Virus record (IMG/VR): IMGVR_UViG_3300044712_001255
Span: 124,001-188,000 of that record
Strand: one strand, 5' to 3'
DNA: 64,000 bases
A program made the translations under genes and the position numbers. Below, piece by piece: positions 46,348 through 58,810 of this stretch. How positions within the stretch are numbered: position 1 is the stretch's first letter; every line of letters starts with the position of its first letter. The notes below the pieces were generated by a model. It was not told the DNA's origin. It made no database searches and saw only the letters and a program-made list of their open reading frames with translations.

Positions 46348-49158
46348 ATGACTATTACTAAGCACGTCGTTGGGATGCTGATCATTTTTGCGTTTATTGG
46401 ACTGTGCGCCTGGAGCTTGTACTTCATATTTGAGAACGCAACGTGGTGCAGGAAGGTATGCGATCCATACGCACTCAAGATGTGTGGTGACAACCTCGCT
46501 GTGTGTGCTGATGATTCTGTGAGGAAACGATAACGTGATCAGCCAACAACAGATCGACGACATGAAGCGTCGAATGAGTGACATTCAGTTCGATCTTACT
46601 GCACGTCAAGCGTTGCAGATTGGTCGCAAGTTGGCCAGTGATGTGAAGCTGTTGCTCAATCAACTTGAACGCTTGCGACAGGAAAACAATAATGACACTC
46701 GATGAAGCCATCACACACTACACTCACCTCGGCACTGGTTCTTCGCAGCTAGCGCATGAGGCGCTTCAACTGTCAGAATGGTTACAGGAACTGCGTGTTC
46801 GTCGTAAGCAAACTGATTCTGTTGATGGACCTGACGCCCTTGTTGAGAGTACACGATGCCTACGCAGGTTGGCACAGCAATCACACGATGATCATCTCTT
46901 CAGGAAGATCTGTGATTACGTGGTGCAGTTGACATGTCAGGGTCATCCCAATAAGGTGGGTGTTCCCTACACCGAAAAGTGGCCCTCGCCTGATGTGATG
47001 ACACGGTTGAATGACGTAGGCATCTATATCAACAGACGTCAAGTGGGCAGCAGGACTTACACAGAGATCACATGGGACAGGTGAAATGATGAGTAATGCA
47101 GACAAATCAACAAAGCAATTGATGGCAGCTCTTGACACGCCCACTTTGGACAAGGTGGTGGAACTCATCGTTGGCGACTGGAGCGGTGACGGGCACGATA
47201 AGAAAGAATCGTGCGTCATCAAGTCCACACACGATGGCAAGGACATCGAGAAGTTCTACCAGGCAGGCGTGAAAAAGCTCAAGTGCGACCCAGCACAGGA
47301 AGTCGCCGAGTATGAAGCATCGACGCTGTGTGCTGATACCGTCAAGAAGCTGGTTGCAGCCGGGTTTGAGTGCCGGTCAGGCGATGAGGTCAACAAAGAC
47401 GGCACTCTGGACCTCTGGACGACGGCGTACGAGGACGTCTACATGTTCGTCGCCGTCAAGGGATCCAAGGGGAAGCTCGTGTGGGAACGCAATGATTCTG
47501 CGGGCTCACACGTCAACATCGGTGGTTATGGCTTGTTCGAGTGAGGCACTGTGATCTACGTCACACCAGACCCAGCGCTTCCTGTCACCTTCGATTCGTT
47601 CGTCGAGCAGTACATGCCCCGTGCCCTTGAGATGTGTCACGAGCAGGGACGTCCTGAGTTCCATGCTCGTCTCATGGCTGAATCGATGGCACACCTCGAC
47701 ATTGAGGTCATCAGGGATGTGATGACACTGCAGAACTGCTCGGCGCAAGAGGCGCTACAACTAATGCTCAAACCACAGGAGACAACACATGACACCAAAC
47801 CCACTCTGTAACACACCGTCACATCCCATTGTGCCTACGCTCACCATCGCTGGGCAGTGCGTCAGGGGGACGTATACCAAGGGCGCAACATACGATGGCA
47901 AATATCCATCATCACCGTCATACATGCGATGGATATTTGATTCATTTCCGTTCAGTGTCATGATCACAGCGTTTTCTGACAAGATTAACGTTGTGTATCG
48001 TGAGCCGACACTTGGTCACTTTGACTATGAAGCGTGCTCAGATCTGCAGCAAGTCGCCGATGACATCACCAGGAAACTCGACCTATACGCAGCCAACATG
48101 CGTGACTGGATGACTCGTGTGGAACAGAAACCCGTCTCTGGCACCACGCCTGACCAACGAGCTCGTGAGTTCCTGAAGCGTATCCGTGACGAGGCAGCGG
48201 GCATGGGACTCAACATCTTCGCTGTGGTGGGTGGGCCTGCGTACTCAGGGTGTTCGATCTATCACAATTGTGGATCAGAACGCAGCAACAACGCTGTCTG
48301 GTCAGCACGGATACATCACAACGGGTGGGAACGTGATCATGGGTTTGATCCTGACCACGATTGGGAGAAGGACGAATGAGCGACGATCCTCTACGACAAC
48401 GAGAATCACAGGCACGCTTGGACTTCGTGCACACATATCTCGCTATGCAACCACGACAACGTCTTGAGATGATGAGGCAATTGCTCATTGATCTACTTGA
48501 CGTTGAGGAACAAGGTTACTATGAAGATTTTATCCTTGATATGTTGCAAATCGTTGAGGGTCAATGGGAAGCTAAGATCAAGGTAGCAGAGGAACGTGTA
48601 CAACGCATTATGAATGATGCGCCGAGGTAAAATGGACGAAGATCTTAAGGAAACCGCAAAAGAACTAAGTGAAATTGTCGTTCAACAAGCGAAGACTGTC
48701 ACTCGTGTGGTCGCAGCATCAACGTTCAAACCCGTTGTTACGCTTGTCAAATCGCTCATAAGTGATGACGACGACGATGATGACTTTGATGATGAGGACT
48801 CGTGGTGGTGAGTTGACGTGTAGATAATTCGTGTCCATGGTGCCATGAGTCCATGGTCAAAGCAATTCAATATATTCGAGAGTTCTTCCGTGAGCCCGTG
48901 AGATGGTTGTCATTTAGTCTACCCAAACGCCACCCTCGGTGGGCTTTTATTATAGACGGCCAGGGACATGAGTGGGTGATTACCGAGAATGATTTTGCTG
49001 GTATCAATGCTACATGTGAAGAACTTGAATTGCAAATGTGGATTGATACTGACACTGGTGAGTATGAGGTATGCGACATTGTGACCGCGAATAGCGGCGG
49101 TGATTGCATGCCTGACGTTGCGAATCTTGCAATTGACGCGTGGAGATCGAAGTACTAA
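46348..49158 (+). other. Run of short accessory ORFs (46348, 46692, 47086, 47551, 47789, 48376, 48632, 48853)
   Basis: Tightly packed, coupled + strand ORFs with no recognisable motifs. Confidence 0.55.
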
Positions 49159-49433
49159 TGTTTCCTGGCGACATGATCGAGTGGGAGTATACACTTGACC
49201 ACCGACTTGTGCATAAGGGAGAACAATTGTGGTCAACGACGATGTGCCAGTGGTGTCCAATCGATGAAAAATCTTTGCTGATTCATGTAGATACTGACAC
49301 ATATACGTGGCTCAATTCAAGGGGATTGTTTCGCGCGCGAATAGACGATACGCTCGACCAACCTCCACGAGGTGGTCGTCATCTTGCCGTTACCCCGCGT
49401 CAGTGCAACATGCTCCACACTAAGGTATATTGA
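49158..49433 (+). CDS. PGDMIEW-family small protein, copy 5
   Basis: MFPGDMIEWEY...GLFRARIDDT; TAATG overlap with the upstream stop. Confidence 0.8.
   Translation: MFPGDMIEWEYTLDHRLVHKGEQLWSTTMCQWCPIDEKSLLIHVDTDTYTWLNSRGLFRARIDDTLDQPPRGGRHLAVTPRQCNMLHTKVY
49325..49416 (+). CRISPR. Degenerate mini-array-like unit 5
   Basis: R1 49325-49352 ATTGTTTCGCGCGCGAATAGACGATACG; 36-nt hairpin spacer; R2 remnant GTTACCCCGCG at 49389 (period 64). Confidence 0.35.
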
Positions 49434-49436
49434 ACC

Positions 49437-51230
49437 ATGAGCAAACTCTCGACCAAGGACGTCAAGGCACTCATCACCACGTGGTTCGCAACACCCGAGG
49501 CTCGCACGTTCTGGGAGTGCGCGTACGGAGAGAACCATTTCTATCGATCATTCGATGAATGGAAGAAACATTACGTCGATGATCCGAGTTACCTCGGCCT
49601 CACTGCGAAACAGTTTGAGGCGATGATGACGCGAGAAGATTTCTCGCGTCATCTTGTTGCCTGCGCCACGAACGGCAACATGTGGAATAGGGGCGAGAAG
49701 ATGAAAGTGGGCGCTGAGAATGGGTGGCAGTGTTACTTCGAGTACGAGTGTAAATGGACGCCTGAACCCATTAATGAATCGAGTCGATTCAACAAAAATC
49801 GCAATGTATATATCACCGATGTTGTCGGGTCTACCTTCAAGGCAGATGACCTCGGGTGGAGCGATGAAGTCCTTGTCAAGGAACTGTGCGCTGCAGGCAC
49901 AAAAGAACTCGACAGGTGCATCGAACGTATCTTCTATCCGAAGGTGGGACATATCGCCAACAATTACAGACTTCATGTCGTCACTGACCCCACTGACACT
50001 CGAGTCGTTGGGTGGTCGCTAAACGTGGACTGAGGGAAACACTATGATCTACACAAAAGAACAAATCGACGCCATGCTTGTCCTTGATTCGTCATCGACG
50101 CCCATCAATACACCTGTAGTGCTAAACTCACATGATTTAGCGAGTGTACTTCCGCTCATGCGCGGCAGTCGCTGCATTTACTTGGGCGAAGTCGCCGGCA
50201 TGACAGGTCATGTCGTCATCGCTGATACACACGGAGGAGTGTGGTGGGGGTACCACGATGACAACTTTTCGATCATACCGGAGCACTTGCTATGAAACTG
50301 TTCATACCCGCCTGTGGAAACCGCATCAAGCTGACGTCTGACTGGACGTTCACGCTGTACTTCGAGTCTCGTAATTTCACCCTCCTCAAACTCATCAAGG
50401 GCGTGAAGGAGTTCGCTGTCTACGGCGTGGATGGCAAGCTCGAGAGTGTCACGATGCCCGCTGGCACTACACTCGAGGTCGACAGGGTGTACATCCGTCA
50501 GTTCAGCAAGACCGCTGAGAATGTCGAGAGTGATTACGACAGCCTGACATTTAAGGTCCTCGATGGCAAGTACGCCAAGACTCGCTTCTGGGCAAAGCTC
50601 TCTGATGTCAATAACATCGAATGCGAGCTACCACCTGATGTTGCAGGTTCAAAGTGTCCACCCACGTCGCCAAAGAAGATGAAGATCGAGAAGGTGCGGG
50701 ATGAAATCAAGAGGGCAACGTGGTATGTCACTCGCGATGCCGGTAACGACCGGTGGGATTACATGCACCGACAGGCATGGCGCACCCTCGAGTTCGTGAC
50801 AATGCTGCGCAAGATTCTCACCGCCCACGCCAACAGACGTCGAGCTGTCATTGAAGCTGAGTTGCTCCTTTTGAAGGACGTCAAGGACTATAATGAGACG
50901 CGCATGGCCTTCTGCAAGATAACGCCAGAGTCAGACGTTGAACGCAAACGTGCGCTCACGTATGAGCTTCGAAACATGTGTGAATCGTTTCTACATGATC
51001 TTCCCAGCCTTCTTGATGAACATGCTGTGAAGCCTGTCCGAGATGATCAGGGTCGTCTCATCAGGAAGTGGGTGGGCAACACGGCACGTACGAAGTGCAC
51101 GTGGCGTAGTACTGGATATGTCACTGACGAACAGGTCTGCCTCGTCAAGGACGTGGCGCTGACGATCACCATGACGCCAGACGAGTCTGCGATCGAGAGC
51201 GTGATGCTGACGTGTGGGGAGGAACTGTGA
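49437..51230 (+). other. Accessory hypothetical ORFs 49437-50033, 50044-50295, 50292-51230
   Basis: Coupled ORFs; TATATT 5 nt before ATG 49437. Confidence 0.55.
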
Positions 51231-51232
51231 AG

Positions 51233-52028
51233 ATGAACTTTGATACGGTAATTGTAGTGTTTCTCATCGTAGGTACGTTGATATGGTGCGGTTCCCTTAT
51301 GCGATGGACTGCAATCGAAATCGCAGAGTGTGAGACGTCAACGTGTCCAGGTGACATGAAACCTGTGTTTGATCGCGGGATCTGCAGGTGTCACATCGCG
51401 CCTGTTCGCAAGAGAGAATGAACATACGCATTGGTTGTTGAGTGTGGAGGAATTATGAAATTGTCTCGCGTTACAAATGCTGTGAAGCACCTAGTTGAAG
51501 AACACGATCCCCTTGATTACGTCATGTCTGCGCCTAGCATTGTGGTGATTGTGTTTCTGCTATTCTCATTCTTCATGCTCTTGTCCTACCTTGATATTGA
51601 TCACCTAGACGCCGTCCGACAACGACAACGCGAGTGTGAAGAATCACAGTGTCCACTCGATATGAAGCCCTACTTTGACCGCGAGATGAACACGGGAACT
51701 TGTAGGTGTTATGTGGCGCCGGTGAGAAACGTGGAGAGACGATAACATGGCGGCACCGGGCAGTGGACATTACGTTCGAGTACCTTTGCGTGATGAAGCT
51801 CCTGTGAGCTACGCGGGCGATTGGGTAATACTCATCTTCATCATCTGGATCGCAGCGTGTGTATTTGCGCTCTTCCGCCACAGTTTTTTGAATGACGTCG
51901 ATCGTCCAATGTCACCCGTCAGCAGGTGTCAGGAATCGAGTTGCCCGACTGGGATGAGCTCCTACTACGACTACTACAACAACGTGTGTCACTGTCGCAT
52001 AACACCAGTGTACAAGGGAGAAAGATGA
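51233..52028 (+). other. Three tandem TM + Cys-rich small proteins (51233-51421, 51455-51745, 51747-52028)
   Basis: Shared C-x3-S-x-C-P-x2-M...C-x-C-x3-PV after a TM segment. Confidence 0.7.
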
Positions 52029-55000
52029 CTAACGAGAGATTGCAAGCCGTGATTGAGGTGTTACAAGGCGCTGCGTACGATGGCCCGCCTAGACACAAGC
52101 AATACCACATCATGCAAGCGTTGCTCGGGCTGATGGGTCGCAAGAAATACGACGCCTTCATCAATGCTGCTCGAACAAACGGTTATCATATCGATGAAGG
52201 TGAGCTGTGAAGCGCATGCGTTGGTTGATGCTCTTGGGTTTGTTGTGTATCGGGTGTTCTCCCACCCCGTGCGACTGTGTCTACGATTGCCTCCGATGGG
52301 GAACAACCATTTCGATGGTGCCAGTCGTCAACGGTAAGGTGACAACGATGATACCGATCACCAACCACTACTGTGTAGAGCGATCTGCGTACAGGATTCG
52401 TGATCCACAGCAGTGTCCCAACATGATGTGTGTAGAGAGGTGAGTGATGAATGACACGCTAGACAAGCTGCGATACGTTGAGTGTTGGGCTGACCCGTAC
52501 GGCAACAACTGGCAGGTGATGGACGGGTCCAACGTATTGGTGTTGCGATCTACGTTTGCAAACGAACCTGATAAAGACGCAATGCTCATCATGAGGATGC
52601 ACAAAGGCGTCCCACACTACATTCAGGCTGCGTACAACGTAATTGATGGCAAGATGAACTACGACGCTCAGCACAATGTGCAAATCGAGTTCGGCGTTTT
52701 GAACTACATGATGCTGCGTTATCGCATCAAGCGTTTGTTGCCTGATGCGCTGTACAAGGCGTTATACAGGATGTTCTCTACCATAGTGCCGATAAAGGAG
52801 ACACATGAAGATTAGATTGTCGATTGACGCTGGGTTAGATTGGTGGACTGGATGGGTGGTCAATCGAGATCACGAAAAAGGTATTGCCAAACTAATCATG
52901 AAGCTCATCTTTATTGAACTTTCATTTGAATGGAAAACTTGGAAGTATGCGCCAAAGCCACCTCCCCCGCCACCAGCAAAGAAGTAGGAACATATGGGAA
53001 TATTGACTTGGGTTGACAAGCTTCGTACGCATTCGGGACGTCTCGGTTCACGATATGGCAATGGCGTCGTGGTGTCCACGAACACTGAAGCTGACAGACG
53101 ACAGTGGCAAGCTTGCTTGAAGCATGAAAACACTGACTATCCTGTTGTAGAAATCAGGCATGACACTGTTCACATTACGCTTTCGCTGAACGGGTATGCC
53201 ACAAACGGCGGTACTCGACAGACGCCTGAGTTCATTGAGCACATGGGAGAGCTATGCACTGATAAGTTCACACTCGAGGACGCCAAGAAGGTTGTTCTCA
53301 TAAAATCAACTCTCCCGATTCAGTTCACGATGCAGGAATTCAGAGACTTTCGCCTTGCGCTCGACGAGGGTATGTCAAAGTTGTACCTCGTTCGTCTGCA
53401 GAGTCGCATGAAGGCGAAGGGTGAGGCCAAGAAATTCATCGTGTGCTACTGTTGTTACGGTTCTCAGCCTGACATCCAATTGTTGTGTGACCAGTCGTGG
53501 ACCACGCCCAGCTACGACGCTTCAAACGAAACTCCCATTATACCCAATGTGTACAAGGCGGCAAATGAGCGGTACTATTCATTCGAAAAGCACAACGTCA
53601 CATGCGAAGCGTGCTTGAAGGCTATTGAAGGAATAAAATCATGAAGGTAAAAATCAATACAACGGTCGATAGTACGCTCGTAGTCCTCGAAGGCCCAAGC
53701 GCAGACGTCATTTCTGTGCTCGACTGGCTCTATCAGGAAGCTGAAGAAACTGCGCAAGAGGCGCCACCAACCACGCAGACAAATGCCCCAAATGACAAGC
53801 CCAGCAATCCATACGCACGTTACAAGTTCCTTACCGATAAGGTACGTGCAGCTCTTGAGCAACTTGACATTAGAAATCGTGGACAAGTTTTCACTGTAGA
53901 CGATGTGTATTTCGAATTGCTGCAAGATTATCTTAACGGTGTAGTTGTCTACGATAATCGTTTAGAATTCTACAACAAAGTGCAAGACACGTTGAAGGCG
54001 CTTGATCGTCAAGGACATGTTTACGAAACTACAGGCTATGACGGTAACGATGAACCATTCTTGGAGTATGAACTTTCTGAGTTTGGCAAAGATTACCTAC
54101 ACAAGAAGGCAAAGTTGATTGACGCATGACAAAAGTTGAACTTGCGAAGTTTCTGCTCGAGTATGAGCAGATGGTTGAAAATTCCATCAAGGGCGTAAGC
54201 GGTCAGGTGGAATGGGCTCAGCGAGTGCGTGTCGCAGGAGCCAAGGTTGTGTTGCAAAATGCCTTGAAGGAAGCGAGTGCTGCAACGATTTTGGGAACTG
54301 AAAATGTACCAGAATGATTACTTTGACCTTCGTGAGCGTCTGCTTGGTATCACATACGTAGTGCACAGTGTCAAGAAAGTCATAAGTCAGTAAAGCATTG
54401 CATCGAAGCGTAAGTGCACTAGCGCAACGTGTTGAATATCTTGAGGAAGCATTGAATGCCAAGGAAAAAGATAGCATTTTGTGACTTTTGCAAGTGCGTC
54501 AACTGTCGCGATGGAGCTTCGTGGCTGTCACATGCAAAGACGTCTGACGGTCGATGGATCTGTGATGTGTGTTACACGTACGATGTATGCGTTCGTGCAA
54601 AGCGCAAGGCAGGTGGCCGACAAGACGGACCGTGTGATGACATGAATTGTGAACATCGCCCACGTCTTGTGTCAGCGTGGGAACGTTTTGAAGAGGAGAA
54701 AAGATAATGAAGATCGTTGAAGGAAAAGAGCAGACGTACAAGGATTGGTTCGATAAGAACGATGATCCGTACGGTCGTTGTTGCTTTGAGTACGCTGAAG
54801 CTTGGGCCAATGAAATGGAACGAGTAATATCGACAGGCGCAAAGCTCGTTGATATTGCAGATTCAACGTCACATGACGTAGATTTACGCAGTGGATTTGG
54901 AATCACTGGTTTCATGTACGGATGCGCAGTATCGATCCTGTCTGAGTGTTGGATTCATGGTGAAGAGCTGCGAAAGTGGCACAATGGTCAATATTCCAAG

Positions 55001-55566
55001 ACCGAAGTCACTGGCGCCATCAACCCTGCGATCCTTTCGGTGTCTGTATGAATTCGGGAGACGAGCTGTCAGAATGGCGCAATGCCTTTTGGGAGCTTCT
55101 AGGGATTGAAAGCGATGACGGGACGCCTGATGAGATGCGTTGTCACGTCAGCAAGTTTCGTAAAAGGATCAACGAGCTTCAACAGTATGAACGCGATCTC
55201 TCAGTTGCCGTGATGGAGCGCAACGAGGCTCAGTGTCATTTGCTTGAGGCAGAAGACATCATTCATACGTTGGTTGATGAACGCGTAATTACGCGAACCG
55301 TGCAACGATACATGTGCATGTCAGAGAACGGATTACAGAAGACTTTGCAAATGCAAGTTGAATTTGCTAATCAAGATCGCGTTGAACTGCTAAAATTGCG
55401 GAAAATGAAAGATGCATTGTTACGTTACGCCACTGCGCGCAAGAAGTGTAATGAAGCAGTAGAACGATGGGCAAGCGGTGATGCTCCTGATAACATCATC
55501 ACTGAAACTGATAATGAAGCATTGGCGCTTGAGGAAGCACTTCGAGCTGCATTGGAGGAACGATAA
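52026..55566 (+). other. Accessory hypothetical ORFs (52207, 52444, 52805, 52994, 53641, 54126, 54456, 54707, 55048)
   Basis: Coupled + strand ORFs; several are Cys-rich. Confidence 0.55.
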
Positions 55567-55784
55567 TGGGACGAAATGTTGACTTTCAGAAATTGTACGA
55601 GCTACCCAAAATGTGTACTTGCCCAGTGTGCGGTAAGCTATCGCCTGCTCGATACGATGATTACGATATTGATTTTTTCGGACACCCGATGAAGGGGGAT
55701 GGTCTGCTGGAGTTTTCGCTCATCTGCTATGCGTGTGAGCATGTGTGGACGGAACGTTTTTGTGTCACCGTGAAACCTACAGTC

Positions 55785-58700
55785 GCCCCTGACGACCTCG
55801 CCGCCCTGCGCGCCAAGCTGTCGGCGGCGGAGAGCAGGGTTTACGGGCTGCAGATGTCCCTCAAGCTACTCGGGGAAGCAGCACATCAGGAGGCAGTGGA
55901 GGTCGAGTCCATCATCCACGCCCTCTGCGACGAGCGGGCGAGGCTCAGGGCTAGCGTGAGGTGGGGGCATGAATCTGTTGCCGCTATCCGGGCGTCCACC
56001 CCGCACCGCATAGTCCTTCCTATCGGCTACGTGCCTGGCCTCTCTGGGATGCGCGCTGGCATGCTGCTGGAATATCAGGAAACTGGTGAACGAGTGCGAG
56101 TGTGTTCCGCGCCTGAATACTGGAAGCCACACTGGGCGAGTTGGCACCTAGCCGAACCTTACATCATGTTGGTGGAAGAGGCCGCCGAGCCCCCCAAGCC
56201 CTCCCCCCGCATCCTCCCCGCTGGCCACGTGCCGGGGCGGTTGATGGTGGGGATGGTGGTACACAGTGTGTGGGATTGGGAGGTAACCAACGTGACTTCG
56301 ACAGAGGCTAGGATCTACTGTCCACAAACTGGGAGTTCTAGGTGGGTGAGCGTTGGCAACGACCTTCGCGCTTGCCTCGCCGCCCCCTTCGAGGTGCCCA
56401 ATGAGTGACCCGGCAAGGTGGGGCGCGCTAAATGAGAGTGAGCGCGAGGTGTTGAGGGCTGCGCATGTGCTACGCGTCGCCGGTTTGACGCCCGCCCCGT
56501 CAGTGGCCGCTGAACCTGCCTATCGCCGCCATATGCTGGAGTTGTTGGAGAGAGTTGGCAAATGCTGCGCCTTCCTCACCGATACCGACCCGCCCGAGGC
56601 GGTGATCGCGATGCCGGAGGGGTGGGAGGTGGTCGATGCCATCATCCCCGCGGGTGCGGTATTCCTGCTCCACCAGGGCTCCAACGTGATGGGGTTCTGG
56701 CGAGGTCACGTCCACATGGGTGACAATTATCTGGATGATGATTTCCGAGTTCCGGAGTCGGCGGTTCGCGCCCTGATGCTTCGTGCCGCCGGCTTGCGGG
56801 TGGAGGGGCCGCATGACTAACCGTTGGGGCGCAGGTGAGTGGTTGTTGGGTTTTGCGTGTGCCTTGTTCATAGGAGCCGTCATGCTGATGTTGCTTTACT
56901 CGTGCGCTCGTGAGCGGCGTTGTTATGACTCCAAGTGCCCCGCCGGCATGGTGCCGGTGTGGGCTAGCAGCGCGGGATGCATTTGCGTAGTGAGGCCCGC
57001 TGACCATGCCTAACCGCCACCTACTCCTGCCCGCGCCGCCGGATGAGAGGACGTGCGATGGATGTGACTTCCCGAGTAGTGACCACCGCTGGTGTACTCT
57101 ACACGGTGGCAAACTTAACGACGATGGTAGGTCGCTACTGCGCAACGCAAGATGCCTTACCGCCGAACAGTCCGCCCGCGAGCAGGCTGCCGAGCTTGCC
57201 AAGCTACGGCGGATTGAGGACGCCACAAGGGCGTTCTACGCCATCTACGAGCAGAATCCTTACGCCCCCTCATCGCCCGAGGAGAGCGAGGCGTCTGGTA
57301 AGCTTTGCGCCGCATTGGAGGAGAAGTGATGGACCTATCAGATGATGGATTGTACGCTGTCGCAGAAGACAAAGATGAGGAAATACAACGACTCCACGCA
57401 ACGTCAACCATTATCCAAGCTTGGGCAATGGTACTTCGTGCAGTCCGCGACGCTTCGCGCGCTGAGAGTTCCGCAGAGTTGTTTGGGCTGAGGGCACAGC
57501 TAGCTGAATGCACGCGCGAGAACGAGGCGCTCAGGAAGGCTTTGCGTGCGCACGTGTCGGATGTCGCCTCAGATGGCGTGATGGGATGGTCCGATTCTGC
57601 TAGGGACGAGTTAGGATAATTGGAGGAACGATGAAACTGGACGATGAGTCACTATGCAAACGCGCCATCAAGTGCGCGAACATCAACGCTGAAGACCTTA
57701 CAGGCATACTGCAAGACGTCCGCGACGCCGCCCGCGCCGAGAGCGCTGGGGAGGTGGAGAGGCTGCGGGCACGGGTGGCGGAGTTGGAGCAGAAGCTCGA
57801 CCTTGCGCACGACGACGCTGTTGCGGAGGCTCTGGCCGATGCGGCGCAGTTGCGCAGGAGCAACGAAACGCTGGAGGAAGAACTCCGCCGCAAGTCAGAG
57901 CGGCTGGCGGAGTTGGACGCACCGGTGGACTCGCGCGTGCGGAATGCGTGTGGGGAGTACGTGCCTGTGTCCAATGACGGGGTGTACTGGAAGTCACGGT
58001 ATGACTCATGTGAAGAGCGCCACCTGAGCCGGTTTCATGACTTGGAGGATGAGTACCACGACCTCCGCGTCCTCCTCGCCGCCCTCGAAGCGCCGCCGGT
58101 TGTGCCGGAGGGGTGGGAGATAGGGTGTACTATGGGTGCCTGGGTTTTCTGGGAGACCAACGTGGACGTGCCGGGCCAGAACCGTCGTGTTGCCCGCGCA
58201 CAGACTGCCCGCGCACTAGCCTGGGCCATCGAGCACGACGCCAGGCCACCACATGCCGCGGACGCGAAGGGAGGCGAGCTTCCGCCTGGCTACTGGGCCG
58301 GTGCGCAAGCTGCCCTCAATGCCGCGCCAGAGATCGAAGACTCCGAGCCGTCGGAAGAACCGGAGCCACTGCTATGACCATCCCGAAGCGCCTGATAGTC
58401 ATCGAAGCCACAATCCCGACGGGGGAGAGCTGCGAGGGGTGCGAGTTTTCGTGCGGTATAATGGAGTGCTCACCTACTGAGTTTCGTATCGAGCGCGACA
58501 AGGTTGGATGTAAGGACACCGCATTCGGGGAGGTGTTGCGGACCGACGGCCTCCGCCTCCCCGCCTGCCGCACCCGCGACGGCTACGTGGTGCTGAAGCC
58601 TGGGAGCGCTGGGGCGAGGCTGCTAGAGACTATCATGCGACACGGCAGCGACCTGCGGGACTTTGAACCCGCCGCTAGGTATGCCGTCGTCGAGGCAGCG

Positions 58701-58810
58701 GCTGCGTACTACCATGCGGAGCAACTTCAGAAGGCTCTTGATGCTGAAAGGCTCGCCACCTCCACTGAAGCCCGCAAGGTCGCGGGGGAGGGGGAGGCAG
58801 GTGGGTGATG
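55785..58810. other. GC-rich island carrying ORFs 55566-56408 (3' part), 56401, 56813, 57006, 57329, 57631, 58374
   Basis: Abrupt shift to GC-rich sequence and G/C-ending codons inside ORF 55566, with return near 58810. Confidence 0.7.

Noticed and set aside
390-49433. PGD paralogues as DGR template/variable regions
   Set aside because: Differences are not adenine-specific, the spacers are mutually unrelated, and no reverse transcriptase is in the window.
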